Origin: Salpingoeca rosetta
Taxonomy: Eukaryota > Protista > Choanoflagellata
NCBI GenBank assembly: GCA_033442325.1
Contig: JAWQFM010000011.1
Coordinates: 953,975-1,017,974, forward strand
Direction: 5' to 3'
Length of the DNA stretch: 64,000 nt
A program made the position numbers and the translations under genes. How positions within the stretch are numbered: the first letter of the stretch is position 1; each line of letters begins with the position of its first letter. Shown piece by piece: positions 1 through 18,449 of this stretch. The notes below the pieces were generated by a model that worked only from the letters and a program-made list of their open reading frames with translations, was not told where the DNA came from and ran no database searches.

Positions 1-353
1 TGTGTGTGTGTGTGTGTGCATGCCCGTCATGCTTGGCAAATGCCATGCCTGCGTGCCATGCAGTGTTGTGAAGTGTTGTCTGTTGTGTATGCTTGCCTGC
101 AAGCATTCATGCCATGCCTAGCGTTGCTCTGCGCGCATGTATGCATGCTGTTCGTTGTTTAGATTGTTTGTGTTCGTGCACACTCTGCCCATGTCGCCTT
201 GGCAGCTCTGTTGACTGTGTGCACTTGTCTAGTGTTTGTTTGAGCGTGCTGCCCGAGTTGATTTGGCAGCAGCTTGTTGTGCTTGTTCATTCTCCTTGTG
301 TTCTTGTTTGTTGCGTTTGCCTACAGTAAACACACACACCACCTGTCGTGTTT

Positions 354-688
354 CTACAGCAGCTTCTTGGCCCATGCACGGCCAGCTTGCTTGAGGCCGT
401 AGAGCGGCTTGAGCAGCCGGCACACCTTGCCCGCGTAGCGTTGAGCGCCGTCGCCGATGTCGGTGAAGTGCGGCGGCAGCTCCATGTACAGCTCCTCCTT
501 GAGATCAGCCTGCAGGTAAGCCGACTTGAAGTCGAGCTGGTGCAGCTGGTGCCGTCGTTGCAGGGAGACGGCGAGCACAGTGAGGATGGTCTTGGCTGCT
601 GGTGTTGGGGCGTAGGTCTGGTCGAAGTCGATGCCCGGTCGTTGGCTGAAGCCCTTGGCAACCCAGCGTGCCTTGAAGCGCGTCGGCG
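354..688 (-). mobile_element. Ty1/copia LTR-retrotransposon reverse transcriptase fragment (RVT_2), truncated at both ends
   Basis: Translation RFKARWVAKGFSQRPGIDFDQTYAPT...LHQLDFKSAYLQADLKEELYMELP...VCRLLKPLYGLKQAGRAW is the canonical copia RT motif set. It stops (TAG) before the YVDD motif and begins abruptly at a direct repeat. Confidence 0.93.
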
Positions 689-1061
689 CTCTCTTGCCAA
701 GACAATCTCCCACACAACACACAGCACACACAACACACAGCACACACAGCACACACAGCACACACACACACAAGTCTCCAACAACAGCACCACCACCATG
801 AACTTGCAACAACAACTCTCAACAAACACTGCCACGTCACCACTTTGCGTTGTCGACAATTCTTGTCTTGTGCTCTGTTTCTTTCTGTTGGAGTGTTTTT
901 TTCATCCTACATCCTTGTTTGCTTCACAACTCAAGTAAACACACGCAACTCTCTCTTGCCAAGACAATCTCCCGCACAACACACAGCACACACAGCACAC
1001 ACACACACACACATACACACACACACACACACAAGTCTCCAACAACAGCACCACCAGCATG
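689..1061. repeat. ~110-bp direct repeat, two copies (689-800 and 951-1061)
   Basis: Both copies read ctctcttgccaagacaatctccc[a/g]cacaacacacagcaca...acaagtctccaacaacagcaccacc, separated by ~150 bp of unique spacer. Confidence 0.9.
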
Positions 1062-1084
1062 AGTATTCAACAGCAGTTGGCAGG

Positions 1085-1279
1085 GGGCAAATAGGGAGTT
1101 CCAGTCGCGATGGCGGATCTCGGTGCACTGCTGTGAGTCCTTTCTCGACCTGAACCGAAACCATGCGGGCCTGTGGGTCTGTTTTGCTCTCTTGCCTTCT
1201 TTGCCTTGGAGCGCTCCGCACGAACTGCCTTGTCGAAGTCTCGCAGCGCCGCGTCCCTGACTTCACCGGGTACGTCTCC
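1085..1279 (-). pseudogene. Fanzor/TnpB-like RNA-guided nuclease fragment, one frameshift
   Basis: Minus strand reads GDVPGEVRDAALRDFDKAVRAERSKAKKAREQNRP, then after a 1-nt frameshift AWFRFRSRKDSQQCTEIRHRDWNS. This fits the recalled Fanzor segment 'VP..VRD.A..D..KA.......K....F.FRSRKD.QQ...I'. It is not in the ORF track. Confidence 0.7.
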
Positions 1280-1357
1280 CCCCCCCCCCCCCCACCACCA
1301 CCAGCTTCTTTTCTTCGGCTAAAATTATGCCAAATACATATTTCTAGGACTTTGCTG

Positions 1358-4659
<3,302 letters not shown>

Positions 4660-4861
4660 TGCCCCATGCACGTTAAGTTATCGCGCCTGGTCTTTGTGTC
4701 GCTGGATGCTTTCGTTTCATGGAATGTGTTACGATGTGTGTAATCGCTTGTTGAACGAGCGGTTGTGATGTGACATGCAACAACATTACAGCAGCACAAT
4801 TTAAGGATAACAAGTGGTTGCATTCAGGGTGAGAACACGATGAAATGCGAAATGCAGCCCC

Positions 4862-4964
<103 letters not shown>

Positions 4965-5004
4965 GCGGTGTGTTTTGCGTGTGGGGAACGCGTGGACGCA
5001 TGGT

Positions 5005-5361
5005 TTACATGACAGCTGCGGGGTTCTGGAACTCCGAGTAATACTGTCGCACAACCCAGCGGCGGCCACAGTTGACCTGCATACGAGTGGAAACGTTACA
5101 CATTGTTGAGTGTGGAGATAGGAAATCGCAGTTGCAAGTGACAGCAAAGCAGAGCTACGCTACACGGCAAAGGCAATCGCACAAGCAAAGCGCAAGCCCA
5201 GCACGGAATCAATCGAACGGACCCGACAGACACCACGCAAAAACAAAGCTCATGAAACGGTCGTGATTGCCCCAACAATACAAACACACACACCCACACA
5301 TACACACACACACACACACACACATATATTCACCCACCCACCCACACCCACACCCACACCC

Positions 5362-5408
<47 letters not shown>

Positions 5409-5997
5409 ACCACCACCACCTACACACACACACACACATTCACCCACACCCACACCCACCTACACCCACCCCCCCCCCCCACACACACACACACTCACGC
5501 TGCAGCAAGCGGCGATGGAGGAAACAAGCCAAAGAATGGCACCCACAGTGGTGCCAGCCACGACCATGTCCAGTTGGTACGGCATGTCGCGAATGCAGGC
5601 TTCAACGACGCGCTCGTTTTCGGTTCCAACATCACAGGCCTAAGGAACAAAGAAAGAGCCCACATTTGCATGTATGTGAGGAAGAGCAGCGCGATTCAGG
5701 CACGCAAGACGTGACCCGAGGCCCTCCAATTTCGACAACTCTTCTCCATGGCGACACATGTGTATACCGAGACGAGGTCGTGAAGAAGGAACCCGGCGCA
5801 TGTGGTAGCCAGGAGAGCAACGAGCGTGGACAGAAGTGGCTCCAGCACGGGCACATTGCAGCACCTGCAGCAAACCCGAAACGCGAGCCCGGAGCTGGAG
5901 TTACTGACATGCACTCAAACAGTCGTGGTTGCTGGGGGAGAGGAGAGGGATACAAAGCCAACGAACACTGACATTCACGCACACATCACGCATACAC

Positions 5998-6028
<31 letters not shown>

Positions 6029-6084
6029 ATCATATGACATTCACACACAATCATATGACATTCACACACAAACAAACACACACA

Positions 6085-6164
<80 letters not shown>

Positions 6165-6743
6165 AACACCAGCAAAACAAAAAATGGGCATGAGCTGGTT
6201 TGCACTCACGGAATGAAGCACAGGGCAAAGCCCACGACGGAACAAGTGATCAGCCCATAGACGACCAACTTGCACTCTGTGAACGTGCAAAAGGTGAAAA
6301 GGTGTCCGTCGGTCAGGATCAGGTACCCGGTCAAGGCCACCATGCCTGGTTTGTCACAACACAGTGAAAGCCAGTCGATCAGCAACATAAAGGCACGGCC
6401 ATGCGTGTTCGTGTGGATGGGAGGGGGCCCAAGCCAACAGCGACCTCAAGGGAGCACAGGTGCCTTGCAAGACTTCGGTTCCTTGTGCTGTTGAGGCGCA
6501 GAAGCCAAAACGACGACAGCAGACACGCACGCACCCCGCAATCAACCAGCATCCAGCAAAACGCTGAAACGGACAGCCACAAACACGCATACCAGGCCAC
6601 AGGACAAGACACCAACCTCTCATGCGCGATCAAGCAAAGCGTTCAGACTTACACATGACGGTGGCCAGGGCATAGAGGACGATGCGGCAGCAGGGGTTGC
6701 CGGAGCGGCGCACCTCCCGGAATTCTTGTTGAGCCACAGGCAT
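5005..6743 (-). CDS. Small four-TM membrane protein (MARVEL/tetraspan-like topology), 5 exons
   Basis: Phase-compatible exons: MPVAQQEFREVRRSGNPCCRIVLYALATVM / MVALTGYLILTDGHLFTFCTFTECKLVVYGLITCSVVGFALCFI / CCNVPVLEPLLSTLVALLATTCAGFLLHDLVS / ACDVGTENERVVEACIRDMPYQLDMVVAGTTVGAILWLVSSIAACCS / VNCGRRWVVRQYYSEFQNPAAVM*. Four hydrophobic segments. Confidence 0.75.
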
Positions 6744-8050
6744 CTTGGGACTTGCTGTCCTTCTTCTTTGAGAAACGGCGAGTTGATCTCTTGGTTGGAG
6801 GCGAGGGGGGGCGATCGAAAGCGTGTGCGCTTCTTTGCTTTGGGTCGTGGAAAGTGACAGTGCCCGACACACGAAATGGTAGGGTTTTATTTTTCTCGTT
6901 TGTGGTTGGATTTGAGTCGTGTGCAGGCTGCCCGGCAGCACCACGCCGGCCTTGCACATGCATCTGCGCTGGTTTGGGGTGCAAGGGTGACGCACACGCC
7001 CCAAGCAACCGCTGTCAAGTTGCATCTTTCGTGCAAATCGTCGGCAAAATAGAGGAAATTTCAACCACCATCATCGACGATGGGCGATGAAAAATGATGT
7101 TTTTGTGCCTCTAATTTCGAGGTGTTGAGCGACGATGAAAGGATGAAGGCGAGCTGCCACCAACTCACCAAAGCGGGCACGACAAGACATGCCCAAGCCG
7201 GTAACCAAGAAGCACCTGACTCCTCAGGAGATCATGGAGATATGTGCGTGCCTGAGGGACATGAGGGGTCAGGGAACCCTGACAGAGAAAGGGAAACGCT
7301 TCTGGTTTTGCATGTGTACATGCAGTTGAAATTGGCACACTTGGAGAACCGGAGGAAGTCCAAGGGCAAGCGCTCGAAGCCGAATGGCCAGGTCGATGAA
7401 CATGCTGCTCAGCAGTTGGGGTATGTTGACACTCTTTTGTTAGTGTGCAAGCTGACGTGTTTGCATGTGTCAACTGTGACATGATTCATTCGCATGGCCG
7501 ACCTCACTTCACTCTTTTACCTCGGTCTGGAACAACACAGGGTTGGCCTCAGCACTGTGCGTCGGAAGTATGCAATGCTCAACAAGCTGTTGCAAGAGCA
7601 CGGCATAGATGTGAGTTGAGGAGATGTACCTGCTGTGGTCAACTCATACACCAGCGTGCTGTTTGTCTTAGATCTGTTCATGTTGGCTCATATTCCATGT
7701 GCTTCGTGTCTGCAGGGCCTTAAGACACTTTCTGTTGAGAACCGCCGTGGGAAGGCGACACAGCTGCCGACACGTGTGCCCACGACAAAACGTGTGCTCA
7801 GGCAGGTTCGCGATCACGTGCGCATGCAGAGAGAAGGTGGACACCGCATCACGGCCGTACAGGTGCTTGACTTCCTACGCAAGCACAGGCATGTGGACGT
7901 ACGACCTTCGTTTGCTGGCGATGGTGACGACGAACTGGACAGGGCGGCGGCTCTGCGGGCAGTGCAGCGGTTTCTTCGTCGTGCGGGCTACCTTCGCGGC
8001 AACAAGCACGTTGTTCAAGAGAACCCGAGGCACAAGCAGCTGCTGGCGAA

Positions 8051-8150
8051 NNNNNNNNNNNNNNNNNNNNNNNNNNNNNNNNNNNNNNNNNNNNNNNNNN
8101 NNNNNNNNNNNNNNNNNNNNNNNNNNNNNNNNNNNNNNNNNNNNNNNNNN
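8051..8150. other. Assembly gap (100 N)
   Basis: Run of N inside the transposase-like gene. Confidence 1.
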
Positions 8151-8480
8151 CTGTGTTGTCGATGTTTCTTCGCATGTGCAATGTTCCCTTTTCTGTGTCT
8201 CACGTGGCTCAATTGCCTGTAGGTGTATCTCGATGAATCATACATTGACAGGAACTACAACAGGAACAGAGACTCCCTGTATGACCCCAACGACGGTCAA
8301 GACATGCACAGTCATCGCAAGATCAAGCGGGGTCGGCGCTACTGCTTTGCCCTCGCAGTTCAGGGCCCGGATCCGCGCGTGTGCACCGTCAGTGACCGCA
8401 ACGACCGCGCCCTCGCCGGTCCTGTTCCAGGCACGAGCTGGATCTTCGACCCTGGCAGCGCACTGCAGCGTGAGCGGCGA

Positions 8481-8684
<204 letters not shown>

Positions 8685-9550
8685 GCACCACCACCTCCTC
8701 CTCCGCCACCATCATCGTCACTTCAACCGCCACCGCCGCCATCATCATCACCACCACCACCACCGGCGTGTCTGCCTCCATTCCCCCTGCGAATTCCTCA
8801 GACTGACGGTGCAGGCGATGAGGAGCAGCCACAAGCATCGCAGTCATCAGCGCGCAAGTGCAGCCGCGCTGGCACCTGCGCTGGTGACGACGCTGCCGGC
8901 TGCCCGGTGACAGCGCTAAATGAGGTGCACGTGCGCGTCAACGCGACGGCCTGCCTGTTTGAGTGGCTGCCGCTCGCCGGGAACGATGCGGTGTACGCTG
9001 TTGTCATGGGTTCTTGTGGCCGTCCGCTGCGTTGTGCGTTGTGCGAGTGCGCGCTGCAGTTGGCGGGCCGTTCAGTGCACCCTGGTTGCCTGTGTTGTTG
9101 TGTAGGCGTGTGTTAAACTTACCGCTACTGCTGCTGCACTGTGGTTCTGCATGTGCCTTGTGTCCTTAGGTCCTTGAGTAAAGATGAAAGGCAACGTGTT
9201 GATGTGACATGATTTGACACACAATGCACAGAAAGCTCAGAATGCTAGAATGGGACACCACAACAATACCTGACAAAGCTCGACAGCTCGAGCTTTGGCT
9301 TTTGTGCAAAGGCAGTGGCGTACCTCCAACCGAAAGACAGGTGGTAAAATGTTGGTAAAAGGGGCGTGGCTGTGAATGGCGCGTTGACGATAATCTGTCA
9401 ATGCCGCTCCCGCTTGCCGCTTTGTAATTGGCAAACTTTCGACAGATGGGCGTGTCTTCTGTCTTGTCGCAGGTGATTGGTTAAATGTGGGGGTTTATTG
9501 GGGAAAACTTGCTGAAATCTTACACTGTTCCCGGCGCTCTGTTTGTTTGT

Positions 9551-9611
<61 letters not shown>

Positions 9612-10266
9612 CGGAGAAAAGAGGCCGTTGTCATTTCTCCCTCACCACCAACACCAACACCACCCCAGACACACACACATACACACACACCACCACCACC
9701 GCTGTGGTGGTGGTGGCAACACATCGCGGGCCTCCCAAAAGTGCTGTCAGCACTGATTAAGGTAAGACACACGCACACAACCCCCACCACACACATGTAC
9801 ATTCGGTCACATGCACATGTACTAAGCCCCCCACACCCTCACACTTTTTTCTCTCTCTTAGGTACCAGTCAGTCCCGGAAGTGGACGGCTGACACTCACT
9901 TTTTTCCCCTCCTTTTTTTGTTTTGGTGAGTTGGTATGGTGCCATTTTTGGCGTCCCAACCAACGAGCCATCCTCGCCTCGGCGAGGAAGGTAAGCACCT
10001 TGCTACCTTGCAACAACACCAACTCCTCTCACTCAAATGATCACACACACACACACACACACACACATGCACATGCACATGCACATGCTTGCACCCACAC
10101 TTACTCACAGACACACCACGCATGCACATTGGTTCCTCGTTTCTTCGTTTCTACTTGGACTCTGGATTTGCCGACTGTCACCCTCGCCGACTGCACCTGA
10201 TCGTGCCCTTCACGCTGCCTCTTGTCTCTTCCCCTGTCGTCTCTGTCTGCTTGTCTCTCTTTCTCT

Positions 10267-10307
<41 letters not shown>

Positions 10308-10626
10308 CGTGCTTGTCTGTCCCTTTTCTCTTCTTTTGGCGGCTGTTCGTGGGCCAACAAAAATTTGATTCGATGCACAAAGGAGTGCCCGTCTTGTTGT
10401 TGTTGTGGTGTGCTTGCTTCTTGTGTGTTTTTTTTTGTGTGTCGTGCACTCTGACAGACAGAAGCCATAAATCTGGGTGTGGACAGCGCCTCCGCCACCA
10501 CCCACGACCAAGATCTTTGCTAACTTTCGATGATGCAAAACACGACTGGCGCGAAAATCTTTCTTTCGTGTCAATTTTCTTTCGGCGGCCATCCTCAAGT
10601 GCAAACGACGAACAGGCAGCGGAGAG

Positions 10627-13770
<3,144 letters not shown>

Positions 13771-13817
13771 CAGAGGGTGTATATGTGTGTGTGTGTATGT
13801 GTGTGTGTGTGTGTGTG

Positions 13818-13881
<64 letters not shown>

Positions 13882-14348
13882 ACCTGCCTGCTTCTCGGGC
13901 TGTTTTCTACTCGACTTCGTGTGTTTGGAGTGTGTCTGTTGTGCGTACTTTCCCTCGCTAACCGTTGTTGTTCTCACAGAAGTCGTCCACTGTACGTAGC
14001 TCAACCATCAATACAAGCGAACGTGTAAGCGTGAAGGTTTCACTGCAGCAAGGCGCACCAACACGACTCCGTAAACTAATAAAGAAAACAAAAGGTGGAG
14101 GAGGAGGATTAACTCCAACGGAGGAAACATGCACAGTGAAGGTGGAACACGATCGATTTGGAGCAGCATGTTAACAAGTACGAGTGTGCACTCACAACAA
14201 CAACGACAACTTACGCAACAACCCTTCCTGTTATGGGTTGGGTGTAAGGCGCTATCACACTAATCATGGACCGCAACTCCACCAAGCACGTGCTCAAGGA
14301 TCAATTAAAATCAACAAATCGAGGCAGTGCGGGCATGGACCCACACGT

Positions 14349-14426
<78 letters not shown>

Positions 14427-14475
14427 ACACACGCTCGTATAAACACACAGGCATGCATGTTCACAACCAGGGATG

Positions 14476-16887
14476 TCAGAAAGCTGTTGATGTAGACAGC
14501 CCGCAAGTGTACGCTGACTGGGCGTCATCTGTATACGGCTGTTGCTGGTGGCTGTTGTCTGCCACTTGTCCAGTCATGTTGTCAAGCTCGATGGGGACAG
14601 CCCCGGCCTCGGAAGACGCCGTCAGCTCAATGGTCGGCAGCGCTTTGTGTTCCTGGCGCGCGGGTTCCTCTGTGATGGCCGATGCAGCAATCTCCGACAC
14701 CGCGACGGTCGTGGCAGGAGACAACGACGTCGCTCGCCCACCACCGTATTTGCTGGCGCCGTGCTTGCTGTGATCGTGGCCGTGGTGGGAGTGTCGCGAG
14801 TGGCGGGAGTGGTGGGAGTGCCGAGAGTGATGCGAGCGGTGCTTGCGCCTGGTGGTTCGTCGGTGCGAGTGGGGCGATGCGCTGCTGCCCGCGCCATCTG
14901 CGCGGTGGGCCAACGCCGGGTGTAGGTGCGCCGGGTGCGTGGTGACCCGCTTCTTGCGCAGCAGCTTGCGGAAGTCGTCCTGCTCGCGATCGAGGGCGTA
15001 CTTCATCTCCTCCACCAGCAGCCGCTTGGCGCGGTGGCGGTACGTCAGGTACAGCACAGCCAGGATGAGGGCGAAGATGACCGGCACGGCGGCGCCGCGG
15101 AGGAACACATAGTCCCACCCGCGCGCAACGGTGGAGTCGCCGTCGTCAACACGCTGCTTGACAATGTGGTAGATGCGGCTGCCCGTGAGCTGGAACGGCC
15201 CGCAGTCGCCCGGCGGGCGGGTGAAGATGATGAGGCAGCCAAAGGCGGTCGAAAACAGGTACGTGAACAGCGTCGCCTTCATGTACGATTCCTGCGACAA
15301 GCGGATGACGGTGTACGGGTGCGACGACGCGTAGAGCACAATGGCCTGCTTGATGTAGAAGCGAACGATGCCCAGACCGAGGGAGATGGCCGGCAACAGG
15401 GGCACAAAGGGGAACCCAATCCACAGCAGCGCCTGGCTGTAAGCTGCGCCGACGAACAGCGCGCCCACGTTCACGCGCGGGGGGCTGCGCTTGAGGAAGC
15501 GGCATGCAAGCGGCACAGCGGCCAGCCACAGAATGTCGATGGTGGTGCGGAAGACGGCATCGAAGATGACCAGGCGGTACAGCTCCTGCCCAAGGCGCGT
15601 CTCCCAGCACGCGTCCGTGTTGGGCGTGTAGAGGAAGACAAAGGTGCCCAGGTACGTGCCAAAGACGCCCGCTGTCGCCACAAACATGACTGTGACGTCC
15701 CACCACATGCGGATGAGCGAGTTCTTGAAGGTGGTGAATGCGCGGAAGGGCTGCTGCACGACGGGGATGATCCACGCGCTGGCAGTGCAAACAAAGGGCG
15801 TGAGCAGCGACCGCCAGTAGGACGTGGTGCCGGCCTCGCTCTCCTGCAGCACGTGCAGGAAGTACGCGCCCGCACCAACGCCACCGAGGAAGACGAGGGT
15901 GACCAGCACGGTGAGCGCAAAGCTGCCCACGGTGGAGGTTGGGGCAGGGATGATGCCCCAGATGGGCGGCACGTCCTGGCGGTTGCGGCGCCGGAGATAC
16001 TCGTTGTACATCTCCTTGCATAGCAGGGTGCACCGCGAGTGCTGCCGTTCCGTGCCAGCGCGGGTGGTGATGGTGTGGTCCCAGGAGGCAAGCACCTGCG
16101 TGCCGATTCGCGTTTCCTGGTACAGGGTGTGGTAGATGACGTTGCGGCGGTGCAGGCGCCCCAGCGTGTACACCAGGATGAGTAGGGTGAGGAAGAAGGT
16201 GAAGATGATGACGGAGAAGTACGCGAGCGGGAGATCGTAGTTGCGCTGCACGTCGCCGGAGACGTAGTGACCGTAGAACAGGATGGAGGTCTTGAAGCTG
16301 CCGGTGCCGGCGAGGAGGCCGCCCAGCACGGTGTCGCCAAAGGTGCCCTCGTCCTCGTTGTTCTCCTCTGAGACGGAGGTGAGCGCCATGGGCAGCACGA
16401 CAAAGCAAGACCAGCACACGGCAAACAGCAGGTTGAGCTTGAACAGGAACGCGTACAGCTCAAAGAAGCTGCTCACGGCACTGCCTGCCTTGCTGGCAAT
16501 GGCCCTGAGGCTGCCGGCCACCCACGGGTGGGAGATGAAGACGTTGACAGCCGCGCCAAGCTGCTGCCTGGCAACCGCGAGCTTGTACATGGTCCAGCCA
16601 AAGCACCCAAGGAACGGTCTTCCCTCCGCCTCGGCTTCTGCCTCAGCCGCGGCGATGCTCTGCCTCCGTCGCTTCTTTCGGTATCGCAGCGCCATCTTGC
16701 CTTCCTTGATCAGGACATGCTGTCGTTGCAGCGTGTTCAGGTTGTTCAGGTTGTGGATGCTGCTTCGCCGCCGCGCCGCCGCGTGCAGCAACTCGTGGCG
16801 GTGGTGCGAGCTCCCTCTTCCAGGTGACACATGGCTACCCCTCTTCCTCTGCTGCTGCTGCTGCTTCACATCCAGCGTCCCCGTCAT
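14476..16887 (-). CDS. TMC: Transmembrane channel-like (TMC) protein, intronless CDS, 803 aa
   Basis: Signature motifs GSAVSSFF...FLFKLNLL, GTGSFKTSILFYGHY, YDLPLAYF, CWETRLGQELYRLVIFD, YSQALLWIGFPFVPLLP and PPGDCGPF, with multiple TM segments. Confidence 0.95.
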   Translation of the reverse strand: MTGTLDVKQQQQQRKRGSHVSPGRGSSHHRHELLHAAARRRSSIHNLNNLNTLQRQHVLIKEGKMALRYRKKRRRQSIAAAEAEAEAEGRPFLGCFGWTMYKLAVARQQLGAAVNVFISHPWVAGSLRAIASKAGSAVSSFFELYAFLFKLNLLFAVCWSCFVVLPMALTSVSEENNEDEGTFGDTVLGGLLAGTGSFKTSILFYGHYVSGDVQRNYDLPLAYFSVIIFTFFLTLLILVYTLGRLHRRNVIYHTLYQETRIGTQVLASWDHTITTRAGTERQHSRCTLLCKEMYNEYLRRRNRQDVPPIWGIIPAPTSTVGSFALTVLVTLVFLGGVGAGAYFLHVLQESEAGTTSYWRSLLTPFVCTASAWIIPVVQQPFRAFTTFKNSLIRMWWDVTVMFVATAGVFGTYLGTFVFLYTPNTDACWETRLGQELYRLVIFDAVFRTTIDILWLAAVPLACRFLKRSPPRVNVGALFVGAAYSQALLWIGFPFVPLLPAISLGLGIVRFYIKQAIVLYASSHPYTVIRLSQESYMKATLFTYLFSTAFGCLIIFTRPPGDCGPFQLTGSRIYHIVKQRVDDGDSTVARGWDYVFLRGAAVPVIFALILAVLYLTYRHRAKRLLVEEMKYALDREQDDFRKLLRKKRVTTHPAHLHPALAHRADGAGSSASPHSHRRTTRRKHRSHHSRHSHHSRHSRHSHHGHDHSKHGASKYGGGRATSLSPATTVAVSEIAASAITEEPARQEHKALPTIELTASSEAGAVPIELDNMTGQVADNSHQQQPYTDDAQSAYTCGLSTSTAF

Positions 16888-17332
16888 GTCTTCTTCTTCC
16901 GCCTTGTTCGTTGTCGAACCGAGGGCGGTGGTCGATTGGCGGTCGATTGGTGGGTGGGAGGAGCGGTTGTAGTTGTGTGTCTCCCGCCCGCGATATTTGA
17001 AAATAATTTTGTGTTGTCGCGCTCAGGCAGGTGCCTGAAGAAAAAAAAAAAAAAAGAAAAGAAAAAAAAAAAACCTCCTCCTCCTGGTAGAACCCTACCC
17101 CACAGGATCAACAAGCTACCTCTACTGAGGGGTGTCTATGTCTGCACGCAGGCAGCCACCAGCAACCAGCGGAGAGGGAGACCAGCGGGTGTGCTTGGTC
17201 GCGTGGTTTACATACTTGGGGCTGCCTGCTTGACCCGTCGAAGGAACAGAAACGCAGGGAGGACTGGAGGACACGGTGTGATGTGACACTGACATTATTA
17301 TTAGACTATTCTTTGAGTTGCTGTTGGTAGCG

Positions 17333-17334
<2 letters not shown>

Positions 17335-17420
<86 letters not shown>

Positions 17421-17440
17421 AGAGAGAGAGAGAGAGAGAG
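17335..17440. repeat. (GA)n microsatellite
   Basis: Directly visible. Confidence 0.95.
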
Positions 17441-17933
17441 ATTTTTAAGTAACTAGATAATTTCTACTTTCCTTCCAGAGGGCTTTGTTTGACGCTTTGC
17501 TTCTCTGGCTCTGCGCCTCTGTTCTCCTCGTTTTGTCAACAAGGAGAAGCTCCTCTGCGTCACCGCTGCAGTTTGTGAGCCCATGGGTACAACTGTGCTG
17601 CGGTTGAGCTGGTCTGCATCTTCAACTCGCCCACTCCAGCACTCCACTCTCACTGGCCCACACAACGCGCCCTCAAAGTGATGTGATGTCTTGCAATACA
17701 CTACACACTACACAGGGATTGTGCAGGCGAAAGCAGAGCGCACTGCCGCGTCCTGATGACGGCGCTATGAGCAAGCAAGACAGTACAAGGTGTTGATGCC
17801 TCCAACGACCGCAGCAGCGAGCACGAGGGGAGTGTCTGCCCTTTCGCGCTCTTCGCCCGTCACCCTCTTTGCTGGCTGGTTGGGGCGAGTCGAAGGGGCC
17901 CCAGCAAACCCTTTGCTTTATATGAAGAATTTT

Positions 17934-18031
17934 AGGCGCGAGATGGTGTGTACTGGAAGCCTGCACGTCCCCTTGCATGATGTCATCGCAAGTGCGACTT
18001 GTAGAGCGCGGGTTCGATACCCGCCCGCTCC
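17934..18031 (+). ncRNA. tRNA-like element (pseudo-tRNA or tRNA-derived SINE head)
   Basis: Perfect T-arm gcggg-TTCGATA-cccgc (B box), A-box-like TGGTGTGTACTGG, and terminal pairing aggcgcg/cgctcct (6/7). The anticodon stem does not pair well. Confidence 0.45.
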
Positions 18032-18056
18032 TCGTCAGCCTCGAGGTGCTCCATGC

Positions 18057-18120
18057 CCTTATATATTAGGGAGAGGGTTAAGTATTGCCTCTATTTATTA
18101 GAGAGAGGGCTAAGTTATTG
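18057..18120. repeat. Imperfect AT-rich tandem repeat, 2 x ~32 bp
   Basis: ccttatatattagggagagggttaagtattg / cctctatttattagagagagggctaagttattg. Confidence 0.8.
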
Positions 18121-18175
18121 TCGCGCAGGCGGAAGGTACACACCCAATTTTTTTTTGGGTGTACGTATCTGCAGT

Positions 18176-18234
<59 letters not shown>

Positions 18235-18449
18235 CGTACATATCTGCATGTACAGTTGGGGGTGCTTTTTTTTTTTTTTTCGTTGATGTCTCCCTTCGTC
18301 ATGCCCCTCTGTCTCTCCTTCATCCCTATGTATGTACAGCATTCCTATTCATTTCCCACTTCTGCACATGGCACAGAGGTGTATATATATTCAGTGGCCT
18401 CAACCTAGCTAGAGTCTTAGAGTCTATGCATGGGGGGGGGAGCACACAT

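Noticed and set aside
14542-16972. Long overlapping or antisense ORFs over TMC (365, 423 and 330 aa)
   Set aside because: A by-product of high third-position GC in the true CDS.
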